DNA of 63,996 bases, counting the filler, from an uncultured Rhodopirellula sp. (GTDB taxonomy: Bacteria; Planctomycetota; Planctomycetia; Pirellulales; Pirellulaceae): assembly GCA_964007735.1 (NCBI GenBank). It is 3 parts of 3 records of this genome, joined end to end, with 100 filler letters (N's around TTAATTAATTAA, not from the genome) between each part and the next. Parts side by side here need not be neighbours in the genome. Positions count along the whole stretch, not along the records: positions 1 to 27,492 come from CAXGAI010000054.1; 2 more parts are not named here. The stretch is one strand, 5' to 3'. The translations under genes and the position numbers were made by a program. Positions 1 through 9,955 of this stretch are shown piece after piece. The notes beneath the pieces were generated by a model. That model worked only from the letters and a program-made list of their open reading frames with translations, did not search any database and was not told the DNA's origin. Each line of letters starts with the position of its first letter. Position 1 is the stretch's first letter.

Positions 1-55
1 TTCTTCCGCAGGTTCTTCCGCAGGTTCTTCCGCAGGTTCTTCCGCAGGTTCTTCC
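1..55 (-). repeat. 12-bp coding tandem repeat (TTCTTCCGCAGG)n encoding (EEPA)n
   Basis: At least 4.5 perfect units are visible at the window start. Confidence 0.9.
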
Positions 56-1560
56 TGGCAGGAACCTCCATCCTCTGGAGGTGTTTCGGGTTTACCTTCA
101 CTTTTTTCTGCCGGAGGTGCTTCAGGCCCTTGTTCCTCCGTTTCGTCGGCCGCTTGGAGAAGAGCTGGTTTTTCCGGTTGGACAGGCTCTTCCGGCCGAT
201 CACCTAACAGCGATTCGTCAAAGGTAACCCGCACAAAGACATAACGGCCAGGCTGATTGTCCGGATCGACCTCCGAATCTCCACTTTCATCAACGTTAGG
301 CTCTAACTCCAATGGCGTATCGAGCGTTTCGACATCTTCACCGGCCTGTTCCTCTGAGGTATCCGTTTCTACGACGTTTTCTTCTTCGGCTCCACTTGCT
401 GCCTCTTCCTCGGAGCTCAAGCCAATTTCAAGGTCATCCTGCGAACCGGCGAATGCCCTGCCAAAATACAATCGATAGGCAAGCCCTTCATTCGTTCCGG
501 CCCGTAATTCTCCCTGCAGTGCCAAGAGTGAAATATCATCTGGCGCTCCGGATTGCCCTGGCTGCAACCGAAATCCACGGCTGAGTAAGTCCCGATTGAT
601 CTCACTCACCATACGTTGAGCAAAAGCATTACGAGTCACAGCAGGTTCCGCAAGAATCCGCTCCATATCCAGTGCCAAATCGGCGGTCAAACCCTCCTGT
701 TTTGGACGTACACCCGCAATCTCAAAATTATCTAATGTGGAAATAATATCGGTTAAGGCATCAGAATCCACTTCCAACTCCTCATCCTCCAAGCCTTCCA
801 GTTGCCAATCTGCTGTCGAGTCCTCTCGAGTCAGTTGACTGACCTCTGTTTCGGACAAAGTCCCTTCGGATTCGTCAACTTCATAATCGTAAACTGTGAC
901 CTGATTGATATCTCCACCCTGAACTTCCAACAGATCGGTATTGATCCAGTCCGAGAACTTAGCCGACAAGTCAACATTGGATAGGGTGGTAATGTAAACT
1001 TCGTCTTCCTCTGGAGCACGTACAAAATAATCCGATGGTTGATCTTCAACCTTCTTGCCAATAATTACATCCACCACTGCCTCACTGGCATCTTCCAGCA
1101 AAATAGTAACACGAGTCCCAACACCTTCGACATCGGCGATACTAAGGGACTCCTGACGTGGATTTACGACACCATATTTGGCGTGATCCTCTGGCCACCG
1201 CGTTTGTAACGCACCGCGTTTCATTCCCATGACAGATGCCGCCGTAGCACCAAGTCTATCTTGAGCGTCAGCGGGATAGTTGTGATGTGAAGGGATCACC
1301 CACTGCTTCTGCGAATTCCGTTGCACTTCAAAATCCAACGGACGAGCTGACGTGGCGTCAAACGCAGTCACTTGCAAAGAAACCGCCTTTGTCGAATCAA
1401 ACACTTCGAAATACGGCTCTCCCATGCGTCCGATCTCTTCGATCTCCCCGGATGAACCGCCAAGACCACCAGACAAAGTCACTCCCAATGCAACTAATGC
1501 AGCACCCACAAATAGAAATGTTGTGTTCCAGCCGGATTGTGCAAGATTTGAATTACTCAT
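1..1560 (-). CDS. DUF4340-type Gld-associated membrane-anchored protein, 3' end runs off the window
   Basis: Not in the ORF track. My translation from ATG 1560 (RBS GGAGGAG upstream) gives MSNSNLAQSGWNTTFLFVGAALVALGV...WVIPSHHNYPADAQDRL...EDHAKYGV. The same frame at position 1 gives an acidic EEPA tail. It follows the GldA/GldFG-like genes. Confidence 0.75.
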   Translation of the reverse strand, partial: MSNSNLAQSGWNTTFLFVGAALVALGVTLSGGLGGSSGEIEEIGRMGEPYFEVFDSTKAVSLQVTAFDATSARPLDFEVQRNSQKQWVIPSHHNYPADAQDRLGATAASVMGMKRGALQTRWPEDHAKYGVVNPRQESLSIADVEGVGTRVTILLEDASEAVVDVIIGKKVEDQPSDYFVRAPEEDEVYITTLSNVDLSAKFSDWINTDLLEVQGGDINQVTVYDYEVDESEGTLSETEVSQLTREDSTADWQLEGLEDEELEVDSDALTDIISTLDNFEIAGVRPKQEGLTADLALDMERILAEPAVTRNAFAQRMVSEINRDLLSRGFRLQPGQSGAPDDISLLALQGELRAGTNEGLAYRLYFGRAFAGSQDDLEIGLSSEEEAASGAEEENVVETDTSEEQAGEDVETLDTPLELEPNVDESGDSEVDPDNQPGRYVFVRVTFDESLLGDRPEEPVQPEKPALLQAADETEEQGPEAPPAEKSEGKPETPPEDGGSCQEEPAEEPAEEPAEEPAEE

Positions 1561-1583
1561 TTTAAAACTCCTCCCTTGCTCCT

Positions 1584-4244
1584 TTACCGTCGCCTTTCGG
1601 GCGCGATGTATTTACCTTCGTTTGTCAATCGAATTATTAGTACCACGATTCCAGCCAGAATGGCGGGAATGGGCGGTAGCCAAATAGCACGTCGTCGGTG
1701 CTTTGCCTCAATGGCCGCCACTTCGCGGTTTGTCTCCATATCAATTTGCCGAATCGTCTCATTCTTTTCTTGCTCAATCTGAGCCTGAATCAATGAAAAT
1801 CTTTGCTGTTCATCCTGTTGAGCCTGTTGCAATAACTGCTGTTTTGCAATGGGGTCCAACGCGTCATCAGCTTCAATTTCATCAACACGAGCAGACAGGC
1901 GTTCTTGTGCTTTCTCAAGTTCTTCTTCAGCCTTTTCATCCGCTTCCGTTCGCTTGTCGGCTGAATCCTTCAGGAAGGCGCTTTTTTCCTCTTCCACTTC
2001 TTGCAAGCTACGATGTGCCGGCCGACGTGAGCGGAGTTCCATAAAGTTATCAACTCCCGCGAGGGAATCAACGGCATTCAGAACAAACGTTACATTATCA
2101 AACTGGAAATCCAAGTTGCCAAAGGTACGCTCCTGAAAAAAGAAATCAGAGATCATATCGACATCGGTAACAAAGATAGCGTTCGCTTGTTTCTCATCCG
2201 TGCGATTAATTTTCGCGGCAATGACATGATTCGCCACGTCCACCCTCCGATTCGGGTCAGAAGCTGGTCGTGCCGCCTGACCGCCTCCCATCATCATCGC
2301 CATACTATTGGGACGGTCATCAACAAATTCATTCCACTCGAGCAATCCTGAATTGGGGCCTGTCGTAATCAGTGCTGTGAGATCTCCATCCTTTAATCCC
2401 GGGGCAGCCTGAATAGAGCCGGCATAAATCGCGACCAATTCCTCGAGTCCCTTACTTACACCGTCCAACAAATTAAATGCGTCCTCATTACCACCGCTGG
2501 CTGTAAGAAACAGATATTCCGCCGGCAACTGTGAGAATTCAGGATGAGGATTGCTCATATCAAATGCAACGCGGTCATATTTCCAAAGGATACCTAATTG
2601 TTCCATCAGGCGTGACGCCTGACCACCATCGGCTTTAGGCTGCGGTGGAGGTGCGCCTCCGCCCATCATTCCCATTTGCCCTCCCTGAGAGGGCTTAGGC
2701 TGACGCGGAGCACCGGTGACTCCAAATTGTGACCCCATCGCCAAAGGAAAGGGGTCGTCGAAGATTAAAATTGGATTTCCTTCCTCGACATACGCGAGAA
2801 GACCGGCCATTTGCGGATCCGTCAATGACGAAGGCATCACTGCTAAGAGAACATTGAATTCGTCAGCAGAAATCGGAAGATCAGGAGAGACCTGAACCAC
2901 TTCGTATTGTTTTTTTAGTTCCGTAACGATTTGCCACTCATTACCACCGCCCATCACGTTTGCATCCGTCGTAAGCACGCCAACGGTCAGACGTTCTTTT
3001 TCGGCAACGGTCTGAATAGAACGCGTTAGTTCATATTCAACCGGAATGCCTTTCCCAAAGAAGGGAACCACCACTTTGTCGTAACTGCTAATGACAACAG
3101 CGCCTAAAAAGACTTCTGCCTCCTGTCGTCGACCATCGACTTCGGTCATTAACTGGACCGGGGTGATACCAAAATGCCGAGCCTCGTTTGCCTCTTCGCT
3201 AAACGGTTCCACATCCACGATGCGAACGTCCAGACGATCTCCACTTAATTCTTCAAATTGTCGCAGCAAGCCAACTAGTCGTTTACGAGTTTCGGCATAT
3301 TCACGAGGTACTTCAGGGCTGATGTACGCCTGGATTTCAATCGGGCGTTCAGCTTCAACGGAATCCAGCATGACCTGGCTTGTTGCAGAAAGGCTAAACA
3401 ACTTTTCCTTCGTCCAATCAAAACGGACAGCACTACTGCCAGCCCAGATCGTAACACAGGTTAAAACAACACCTAGTGAGATGGTACGAATTCCATACTG
3501 AGTGCCTGTTTCCAGCTGTTTCCCGCTAGCCCATAATCGTTTTGACATGACCACCAGATTCAGATATAGCAGGACAGCGGCAAGACTAACAAAATAAAGC
3601 ACACCATCAAACGGCACGATGCCCATCCCAAAGTCCTGAAACTTTTGTGAGAGACTCAGCGATTCAACAACTTCCCGTGCTCCAAGGAATGCCGCTGCGT
3701 AGTCCAGGAAAACGGGTACGCCACAGATTGCAATTCCCAGCACAAATGCCACCGTCATACTCGTCGTCAGCATGGACGCCAGCATTCCGCCGGCCAACAT
3801 CGCACAACCGGCAAGCCAATAACCAAAATAGGTCGAAGTCAGTAACCCCCAATCCGGATCTCCCAGATCGGTGAGAATGTAGATGTGTGTTGTAGAGAAT
3901 AGTAACGACAGTGAATACACGGCGACCACACTCAGGTACTTGCCGAGTAAGATTTCCAAGTTGGTGGCAGGCAGTGTATAGAGCAATTCGTCGGTTCCAC
4001 TCTTACGTTCTTCCGCCCATACGCCCATTGTCAGCGCCGGTACAAAGAACAGGAGCAGCAGAGGAAACCACTCCGAAAGCTGATCCAGACTTGACTCATT
4101 GGCAGTAAAGAACTCAGCGTCAAAGGCGAGTGCTCCACCGGCCACGACGAATACTATAATAAACAAATAACCAAGCGCCCCCGAAAAATAACTCGCGAGG
4201 TTACGCATCATAATCGGCCAAATAACACCAATTCGAATTTTCAT
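1584..4244 (-). CDS. ABC-2 permease fused to GldG-like ABC auxiliary domain (GldF-GldG fusion)
   Basis: N-terminal TM helices with AEERKSGTDELLYTLP (GldF-like), then DWTKEKLFSLS...EYELTRSI, DVDMISD, FVLNAVDSLAG (GldG-like) and a C-terminal TM helix. Confidence 0.85.
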   Translation of the reverse strand: MKIRIGVIWPIMMRNLASYFSGALGYLFIIVFVVAGGALAFDAEFFTANESSLDQLSEWFPLLLLFFVPALTMGVWAEERKSGTDELLYTLPATNLEILLGKYLSVVAVYSLSLLFSTTHIYILTDLGDPDWGLLTSTYFGYWLAGCAMLAGGMLASMLTTSMTVAFVLGIAICGVPVFLDYAAAFLGAREVVESLSLSQKFQDFGMGIVPFDGVLYFVSLAAVLLYLNLVVMSKRLWASGKQLETGTQYGIRTISLGVVLTCVTIWAGSSAVRFDWTKEKLFSLSATSQVMLDSVEAERPIEIQAYISPEVPREYAETRKRLVGLLRQFEELSGDRLDVRIVDVEPFSEEANEARHFGITPVQLMTEVDGRRQEAEVFLGAVVISSYDKVVVPFFGKGIPVEYELTRSIQTVAEKERLTVGVLTTDANVMGGGNEWQIVTELKKQYEVVQVSPDLPISADEFNVLLAVMPSSLTDPQMAGLLAYVEEGNPILIFDDPFPLAMGSQFGVTGAPRQPKPSQGGQMGMMGGGAPPPQPKADGGQASRLMEQLGILWKYDRVAFDMSNPHPEFSQLPAEYLFLTASGGNEDAFNLLDGVSKGLEELVAIYAGSIQAAPGLKDGDLTALITTGPNSGLLEWNEFVDDRPNSMAMMMGGGQAARPASDPNRRVDVANHVIAAKINRTDEKQANAIFVTDVDMISDFFFQERTFGNLDFQFDNVTFVLNAVDSLAGVDNFMELRSRRPAHRSLQEVEEEKSAFLKDSADKRTEADEKAEEELEKAQERLSARVDEIEADDALDPIAKQQLLQQAQQDEQQRFSLIQAQIEQEKNETIRQIDMETNREVAAIEAKHRRRAIWLPPIPAILAGIVVLIIRLTNEGKYIAPERRR

Positions 4245-4254
4245 TATCCCACCT

Positions 4255-5052
4255 TTATTCCTTATCTTCCCGAGGTGAAGCTGAAACGTATTCAGCTCCG
4301 GCAGTCAATTGGCGGAATTTTTCTTCCATTTCACCACCATCGACTCCAAGTGCATCCGTGGCTCCGTCGAATACAACGGCACCATCATGAATCAGTATGA
4401 CGCGATCGCAAACAGCGTGAACTTCCTGAAGAATGTGAGTCGACAACAAGACCGTCTTGGTTTTACCTAGTGTCGTAATCAACTCACGCACTCCCTGAAC
4501 CTGATTCGGATCCAAACCACTCGTGGGTTCGTCCAAAATCAGGACATCCGGATCATGAAGAAGCGACTGTGCCATACCAACTCGCTGACGATATCCCCGC
4601 GAAAGTTTCCCAATCTGTTTTTCCCAAACATCGGCCAGCATACAAGTCTCTCGGACATAGTCTAACCGCGAAGCTAATTCGTCTGCCTTAAGCAACCTGG
4701 TCTTGCCAACATACTTAAGAAAGCTATGGGGCGTCATTTCTGTGTAGAGGGGACCATTTTCAGGCAAATAACCTAAGACTTCCGCCGCCTGCAAACGTTG
4801 TGTTGCCACGTCGAATCCGCCGATCAATGCCCGCCCCTGACTCGGAGCGAGAAAACCGGTAAGCATTTTCATCGTTGTGGACTTTCCAGCCCCATTGGGA
4901 CCTAGAAAAGCACAAACCTGGCCACGAGGGACACTAAACGAGACGTTTCGGGTGGCAGCAAAACTGCCATAAAACTTGCTAAGCCCTTCAGCTTCGATCA
5001 TGATTGTCGAGGCTTCAGACTCATCGCCAATTACTGACTCTTTATCCGCCAT
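4255..5052 (-). CDS. ABC transporter ATP-binding protein (GldA-like)
   Basis: Walker A GPNGAGKST, signature LSRGYRQR, Walker B LILDEPTSGLD, H-loop LSTH. ATG 5052 is preferred over 5061. Confidence 0.95.
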   Translation of the reverse strand: MADKESVIGDESEASTIMIEAEGLSKFYGSFAATRNVSFSVPRGQVCAFLGPNGAGKSTTMKMLTGFLAPSQGRALIGGFDVATQRLQAAEVLGYLPENGPLYTEMTPHSFLKYVGKTRLLKADELASRLDYVRETCMLADVWEKQIGKLSRGYRQRVGMAQSLLHDPDVLILDEPTSGLDPNQVQGVRELITTLGKTKTVLLSTHILQEVHAVCDRVILIHDGAVVFDGATDALGVDGGEMEEKFRQLTAGAEYVSASPREDKE

Positions 5053-5164
5053 ATCAAACACCTATAAGCGTTTTATTTTCAACAAGTAATGGTTAAAAAG
5101 ATGATTCTATCCACGCCCAAATGGCATGTAAAGTTCTCAATTGCTTTATCCGTCGAGCTAATTA

Positions 5165-6601
5165 CTAACGTAACTTACCCCAGATCTTTTCCAGCACAGA
5201 AAACGTTAATGGATCATAGATCTCCAACTCCGCAGCCACAAACGGATAAAAGTCATTGCGATAAAAATAGGCTTCCGTTGCCTCAGCAAAAAACTCTTTT
5301 TCATTAGTGGTACCGTAGTGTTTTACCGTCTGGCCAGTATAAAGCAAGACTTCCTGATACTTTCCAGCAGCCATCGCACGATCATAAGCCTGCTTCACTC
5401 CTTCGTGCCCAAAACCAAGCACCTGGTCGTGATAACTGTGCGCCAACTCATGTAAAATCACGGCTGGATGCTTAAGGATCTGTTGACGAGATAAGAGCGA
5501 TGCGGCTCGGGGCAAATGCACTTTATTTAACAAGCGAGGATCATGACCATTCTCTTTGAGCCATCGCCCCCCCGGATGATACTGCATTGCACCGAGGGTT
5601 GGGTGATGCCGTTCTAACCAAATCTCTAACGTCTGTAACGTCTTTAGTTGCTTTTCAGGAACAAAGATTTTGATACGTTGCAGGTGATTGGCCAGCATCT
5701 TGATTGCATCACGACCGAGCTCCGCATGGTGCCCCTCCAATAAGGACGGATCAACATAAACGGTCCAGCCTTCAATATCCTTCTTGACCGGGTCAAACCT
5801 TACCCCCGGAGCCCGTTTCTTTTGACTGTAAATCCATTCCCAAAGTGGAGGATGGTTAAATGCATCCACCCAACTGTCGTGACCACGACCTTTGATTTCG
5901 GAATACCGTGGATTACCACCAGATCGTTGCAACGCTTCTATAATAGAACGTGAACGGGCTACCGGAATGGCACTATCCCTGTCTCCATGCCATGCCCAAA
6001 TAGGAACGTGAGCAATTTTCGAGGCGAGTGTGCTGTCCGCACCTCCGCAGATAGGTACGGCGGCGGCAAATAAATCAGGTCGTCGTTGAATCGCGTCCCA
6101 AGTACCGTAGCCTCCCATTGATAACCCCATCACATAGATGCGTTCCCGATCAATCTGCTTTTCCGGATCAGCAATAAAAGTATCTAAAACCTCAAACATC
6201 AACTTCATGGATTGACTAATCTGAGGCATCTTGTGGGAGTTGCTGCGCCAGTTAACATCAACCCACAATGCTTCCTTCGGTACCTGACCGGCGATAACGT
6301 AGGAATTAAACTTCCCCGAGACTCCCGCCTTTTCCAACGCTTGAATAGTACCTGCGTCTGTTAATTCACCCCGATTATCATTTCCTCGTCCGCCAGCACC
6401 ATGTAAAAACAGCAACAGCGGATATTTTTCCCCGTCCTCGACTTGTCCCGGTGCGCGATAACGGTAGTTCAGTGTTTCACCTGCCGTACTCTTCCATACA
6501 GCAGCTGTATACTTCTCCAACAAGTCCTGCGCGTGCAGGTGGGGAGACACCAAAAAGATCGACAACACGATCACTAATTGGGAACGACCGAAAATATTCA
6601 A
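5165..6601 (-). CDS. Secreted alpha/beta-hydrolase (predicted peptidase/esterase) fused to a C-terminal zincin domain
   Basis: Signal peptide; FLHGAG, GLSMGG nucleophile elbow, HGDRD, GHDSW; C-terminal HELAH...EFFAE. Confidence 0.8.
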   Translation of the reverse strand: MNIFGRSQLVIVLSIFLVSPHLHAQDLLEKYTAAVWKSTAGETLNYRYRAPGQVEDGEKYPLLLFLHGAGGRGNDNRGELTDAGTIQALEKAGVSGKFNSYVIAGQVPKEALWVDVNWRSNSHKMPQISQSMKLMFEVLDTFIADPEKQIDRERIYVMGLSMGGYGTWDAIQRRPDLFAAAVPICGGADSTLASKIAHVPIWAWHGDRDSAIPVARSRSIIEALQRSGGNPRYSEIKGRGHDSWVDAFNHPPLWEWIYSQKKRAPGVRFDPVKKDIEGWTVYVDPSLLEGHHAELGRDAIKMLANHLQRIKIFVPEKQLKTLQTLEIWLERHHPTLGAMQYHPGGRWLKENGHDPRLLNKVHLPRAASLLSRQQILKHPAVILHELAHSYHDQVLGFGHEGVKQAYDRAMAAGKYQEVLLYTGQTVKHYGTTNEKEFFAEATEAYFYRNDFYPFVAAELEIYDPLTFSVLEKIWGKLR

Positions 6602-6705
6602 ATAACTAATACCTTTTGCATAGCGATAAGCGGGAGTTAATTTTGTATCTCGAATGTAACTCTTATAGTACCTCTTTGCGAGTGGGTACTAGAGGTAAGC
6701 TCGCA

Positions 6706-6734
6706 TTCCATAAAAGTGTGTCTACCACTATAAT
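6706..6734 (+). promoter_or_regulatory. Possible sigma70 promoter of the DUF1592 operon
   Basis: TTCCAT-N17-TATAAT ending 60 bp upstream of ATG 6795. Confidence 0.35.
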
Positions 6735-6794
6735 AAATATACGATCCCTGCCCGCCTCCCACCTGGAAACCTTACCTTAACGGCGATCTTTCGT

Positions 6795-9700
6795 ATGAAA
6801 TTACCGGTTCTGTCTCTCCTGGCTAGCCTCTTGTTGGCCTTTTCAATAACTGCCAAAGCTCAAAATGCCCAATCGGCGTTTGAAAAGACTGTAAAGCCAA
6901 TCTTGCTTACTTATTGTTATGACTGCCATAACGCCGATGTTCAGGAAGGAAAGGTTCGTCTCGACAACCTAAACCCTGATTTTATTGAGGGCCCGGACGC
7001 TCAACGATGGCATCACGCATTAGACATGATCAATCAGGGCGATATGCCGCCGGAAGATGCAGACCATCCGGACGAAGAAACGCTCGAAACGCTGACCGAT
7101 TGGATCCAGACCGAACTCGTCAAATCCATTAAGGCTCATCGCAGTACGAACCGTGTCGTCATGCGAAGGATGACTCGTGAACAGTATACAAATACACTCC
7201 AGGAGCTACTAGGAATCGATGTCAATTTCGGGGATGCCTTACCCGAAGACGCAAAATCTAAATCCGGATTCACCAATAACGGAAATGTCCAACAAATCAG
7301 CCCTCTGCATTTGGATTATTACCAAAAGGTGGCGCGCGAGGCGCTTGCTCAATCGATCTTCACTCAAAAACCGCACATCGCTCGATACCGCGTCCGGGTA
7401 GGAACGGATATCGGGAAGGAATTATCCGGGGAAAAGAAGTCCGGGCAATTCGGCGGATATGTTTCTCAACCGGTAAGTAATGCCCACATCCTTCCTGACG
7501 TTCTCAACGAGCAGGGCGAGCCCATCTTTCTTGATCCGGCAAGTCGGCCTGTCCCCTTTAACAATATCCTCCACAACCTCGGAGTCGGGATGCGTGGTTC
7601 TGACCGTAACCGTTATGAAGTGGTCTCCAATGGAATGCACCTCGACTCTGCATTTCAACATGTGGAAAAAGCGCCAGGATCCTGGCATGGGCCTTCGCCG
7701 AACATGAAGTTGCTGATTCGACGCGATTTCCCGGTCCAGGGAAACTTTGCATTTCGGGTCACTGCATCCCGCACTACCGGTCGTGATGCACAATTCAAAA
7801 AGGTCTATGGAAACAAGGAGTTGATTACCAAAGTAACAGACCGACTCACCGAAAGAAGGGGCGGAGCCTACTCCGTCACGGGAGAGGACGCGTACCGACT
7901 GGAACGATCCGTCCTTGAAAATGGTTTTTTAGTCGACAAAAAAGATGAGAAGCCGGGCAACAACCGAACCGCGCGCTTCAAACTCTCCCCTCCTAAGACC
8001 GATCTCTATCATGTTGAAATCATCCGCAGTGCTTTGAAAGAGAATACTGAAACAGAGCTTTACATGGAATTCGGGGACCGCAACAACCGAATAAACCACA
8101 AATTCAAGCTGGAACGCGAACCTCGGGATGTAACACGGATGTGTACTCCGCTGGGAATTGTCGCTCTCCAAAAGGGTGAGAACGAATGTTATTTTCGTTG
8201 GAACGGATTGGTAAGTATCGAAGAAATCGTCTTTACCCCCCTGGCTGCCGATCATAAAGTCAGACAAGAACAACAGGCACAAATTGCTCGAGTTAAAGCA
8301 GCAGCGGCTGATAACGAGAAACGTCAGGCAGTACTACAGGTTTCACTTGGCAATCGAACGGACGACGGCCAGGACTCCAAGACGTTTGACCGAATCGAGA
8401 AGATAAAGACTGCCCCCGGTGAATTCAAACAATACCAATTCGTCGGAAGGTTGGAGAACCTGCCGACGCCGCAACTCGACCTGAACGAAATGACCTCCCT
8501 TTCTAATATTTTAGTTCTGACGGTTTGGAATGGGGACTTCATCAAGGATAAAAGCGAGACCGGGTCATCAATCGTTGTTAGTGAGCTTGAGTTCGAGGCA
8601 CCTTACTTTGAGACCTGGCCACCGAAAAGTCATACTCAAATCTTCTTCGACTCCAAGAACAAAGACAACGCCGAAGTCTATGCCAAGGAAATCCTGACGA
8701 CTTTTATCAGCCGAGCATTCCGGCGTCCCGCGACCAAAGAGGAAGTAAGTTTATATTACAATTTCTGGAGTGCCGTAAGAGGAGAGTATTCGGCGTTTGA
8801 AGATGGTATCCGCGAAACATTAGTCGCAGTCCTCTGCTCTCCCAACTTCATCTATCTGGCTGAAGGTAACCCCGAGAAAAAACCAAGACAAGATCGCGAG
8901 TACGAATTAGCTTCTCGCCTTTCATACTTCCTGTGGAACGGCCCGCCGGATGAAGAACTATATAGCCTAGCTGCCAAAGGTCAATTACAGAAACAGCTCC
9001 CTGCACAGGTCACGCGTATGGTGCAGGATTCACGTTCCTGGAACTTTGTAACTTCGTTTTCAAATCAATGGCTAAAACTTTATCGGCACAATGAACAGGC
9101 GGTCGACATCGGAAGGTACCCTCAGTTCACTCGGTACATTAAGTCCGACATGGAACTGGAAACTTACCATTTCATAAATCATCTGCTTCAAAACGACCTA
9201 AGTATCTATGACATGATCGACAGTAACTTCGTTGTGATCAACCAAAATCTAGCTGAATATTATGGCATCCCGGATGTAGCCGGCACAGAATTCCGGGCGG
9301 TTACAGTAGCCGCAGATCAGAATCGAGGTGGCCTCTTAACTCAAGGGTCATTCCTCAGTGGACATTCCGATGGAAAACAGGCTCACCCGATCAAACGAGC
9401 GGTTTGGATGATGGAACGGATTCTGGGTGAGTCACCTCCACCGCCCCCACCTAATGTGCCTGACCTGGACCCTAAAGACCCAAACACGAATAGACTTCCT
9501 ATTGCCGAGCAGTTAGCAATCCACCGGGACAATGTGTCCTGTAAAAACTGTCACAAAAAACTGGATCCGTATGGTCTGGTGTTCGAAGATTATAACGGTG
9601 CAGGACTTTTAGGTTCGCAACCCGGTTCCAATCAAAATACCATCGTACAGCTACCGTCCGGTTCCGAAGTGACTGGTGTTGCGGGGATGAAGAGTTACGT

Positions 9701-9893
9701 CTTAGAATTTGAACGTGAGAAATTCGCCACCTCACTGGTTGAACACCTCATGACTTTCGCTCTTGGACGCGACATTTCCTATGTCGACGAAGAGGAAATC
9801 CATGAAATCGTCAAGAAATCGATCACCCAGGGTGGTAGCTTCCAAACCACATTACGGGAAATCGTAACAAGTCCCATGTTTCTGCGAAACTAG
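6795..9893 (+). CDS. DUF1592/DUF1588 (PSD/PSCyt) planctomycete cytochrome c protein
   Basis: N-terminal CYDCH...MPP, RRMTREQYTNT, ELASRLSYFLW, RGGLLTQ, HPIKRAVW, C-terminal CKNCH..LDP.G. Confidence 0.9.
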   Translation: MKLPVLSLLASLLLAFSITAKAQNAQSAFEKTVKPILLTYCYDCHNADVQEGKVRLDNLNPDFIEGPDAQRWHHALDMINQGDMPPEDADHPDEETLETLTDWIQTELVKSIKAHRSTNRVVMRRMTREQYTNTLQELLGIDVNFGDALPEDAKSKSGFTNNGNVQQISPLHLDYYQKVAREALAQSIFTQKPHIARYRVRVGTDIGKELSGEKKSGQFGGYVSQPVSNAHILPDVLNEQGEPIFLDPASRPVPFNNILHNLGVGMRGSDRNRYEVVSNGMHLDSAFQHVEKAPGSWHGPSPNMKLLIRRDFPVQGNFAFRVTASRTTGRDAQFKKVYGNKELITKVTDRLTERRGGAYSVTGEDAYRLERSVLENGFLVDKKDEKPGNNRTARFKLSPPKTDLYHVEIIRSALKENTETELYMEFGDRNNRINHKFKLEREPRDVTRMCTPLGIVALQKGENECYFRWNGLVSIEEIVFTPLAADHKVRQEQQAQIARVKAAAADNEKRQAVLQVSLGNRTDDGQDSKTFDRIEKIKTAPGEFKQYQFVGRLENLPTPQLDLNEMTSLSNILVLTVWNGDFIKDKSETGSSIVVSELEFEAPYFETWPPKSHTQIFFDSKNKDNAEVYAKEILTTFISRAFRRPATKEEVSLYYNFWSAVRGEYSAFEDGIRETLVAVLCSPNFIYLAEGNPEKKPRQDREYELASRLSYFLWNGPPDEELYSLAAKGQLQKQLPAQVTRMVQDSRSWNFVTSFSNQWLKLYRHNEQAVDIGRYPQFTRYIKSDMELETYHFINHLLQNDLSIYDMIDSNFVVINQNLAEYYGIPDVAGTEFRAVTVAADQNRGGLLTQGSFLSGHSDGKQAHPIKRAVWMMERILGESPPPPPPNVPDLDPKDPNTNRLPIAEQLAIHRDNVSCKNCHKKLDPYGLVFEDYNGAGLLGSQPGSNQNTIVQLPSGSEVTGVAGMKSYVLEFEREKFATSLVEHLMTFALGRDISYVDEEEIHEIVKKSITQGGSFQTTLREIVTSPMFLRN

Positions 9894-9955
9894 CAGTTAA
9901 AATAGAGAAGTACTGCAAGGCTGCAGTTTCACGCATTTTCAATGAGAGAAATACT

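Noticed and set aside
257..1782. Short ORFs listed in the track in this interval (mostly + strand)
   Set aside because: Shadow frames of the long minus-strand gene 1-1560 and the GldFG-like gene.
1..5052. Gld-like operon as evidence of gliding motility
   Set aside because: GldA/F/G-like ABC systems are widespread in non-gliding bacteria, and no other motility genes are present.
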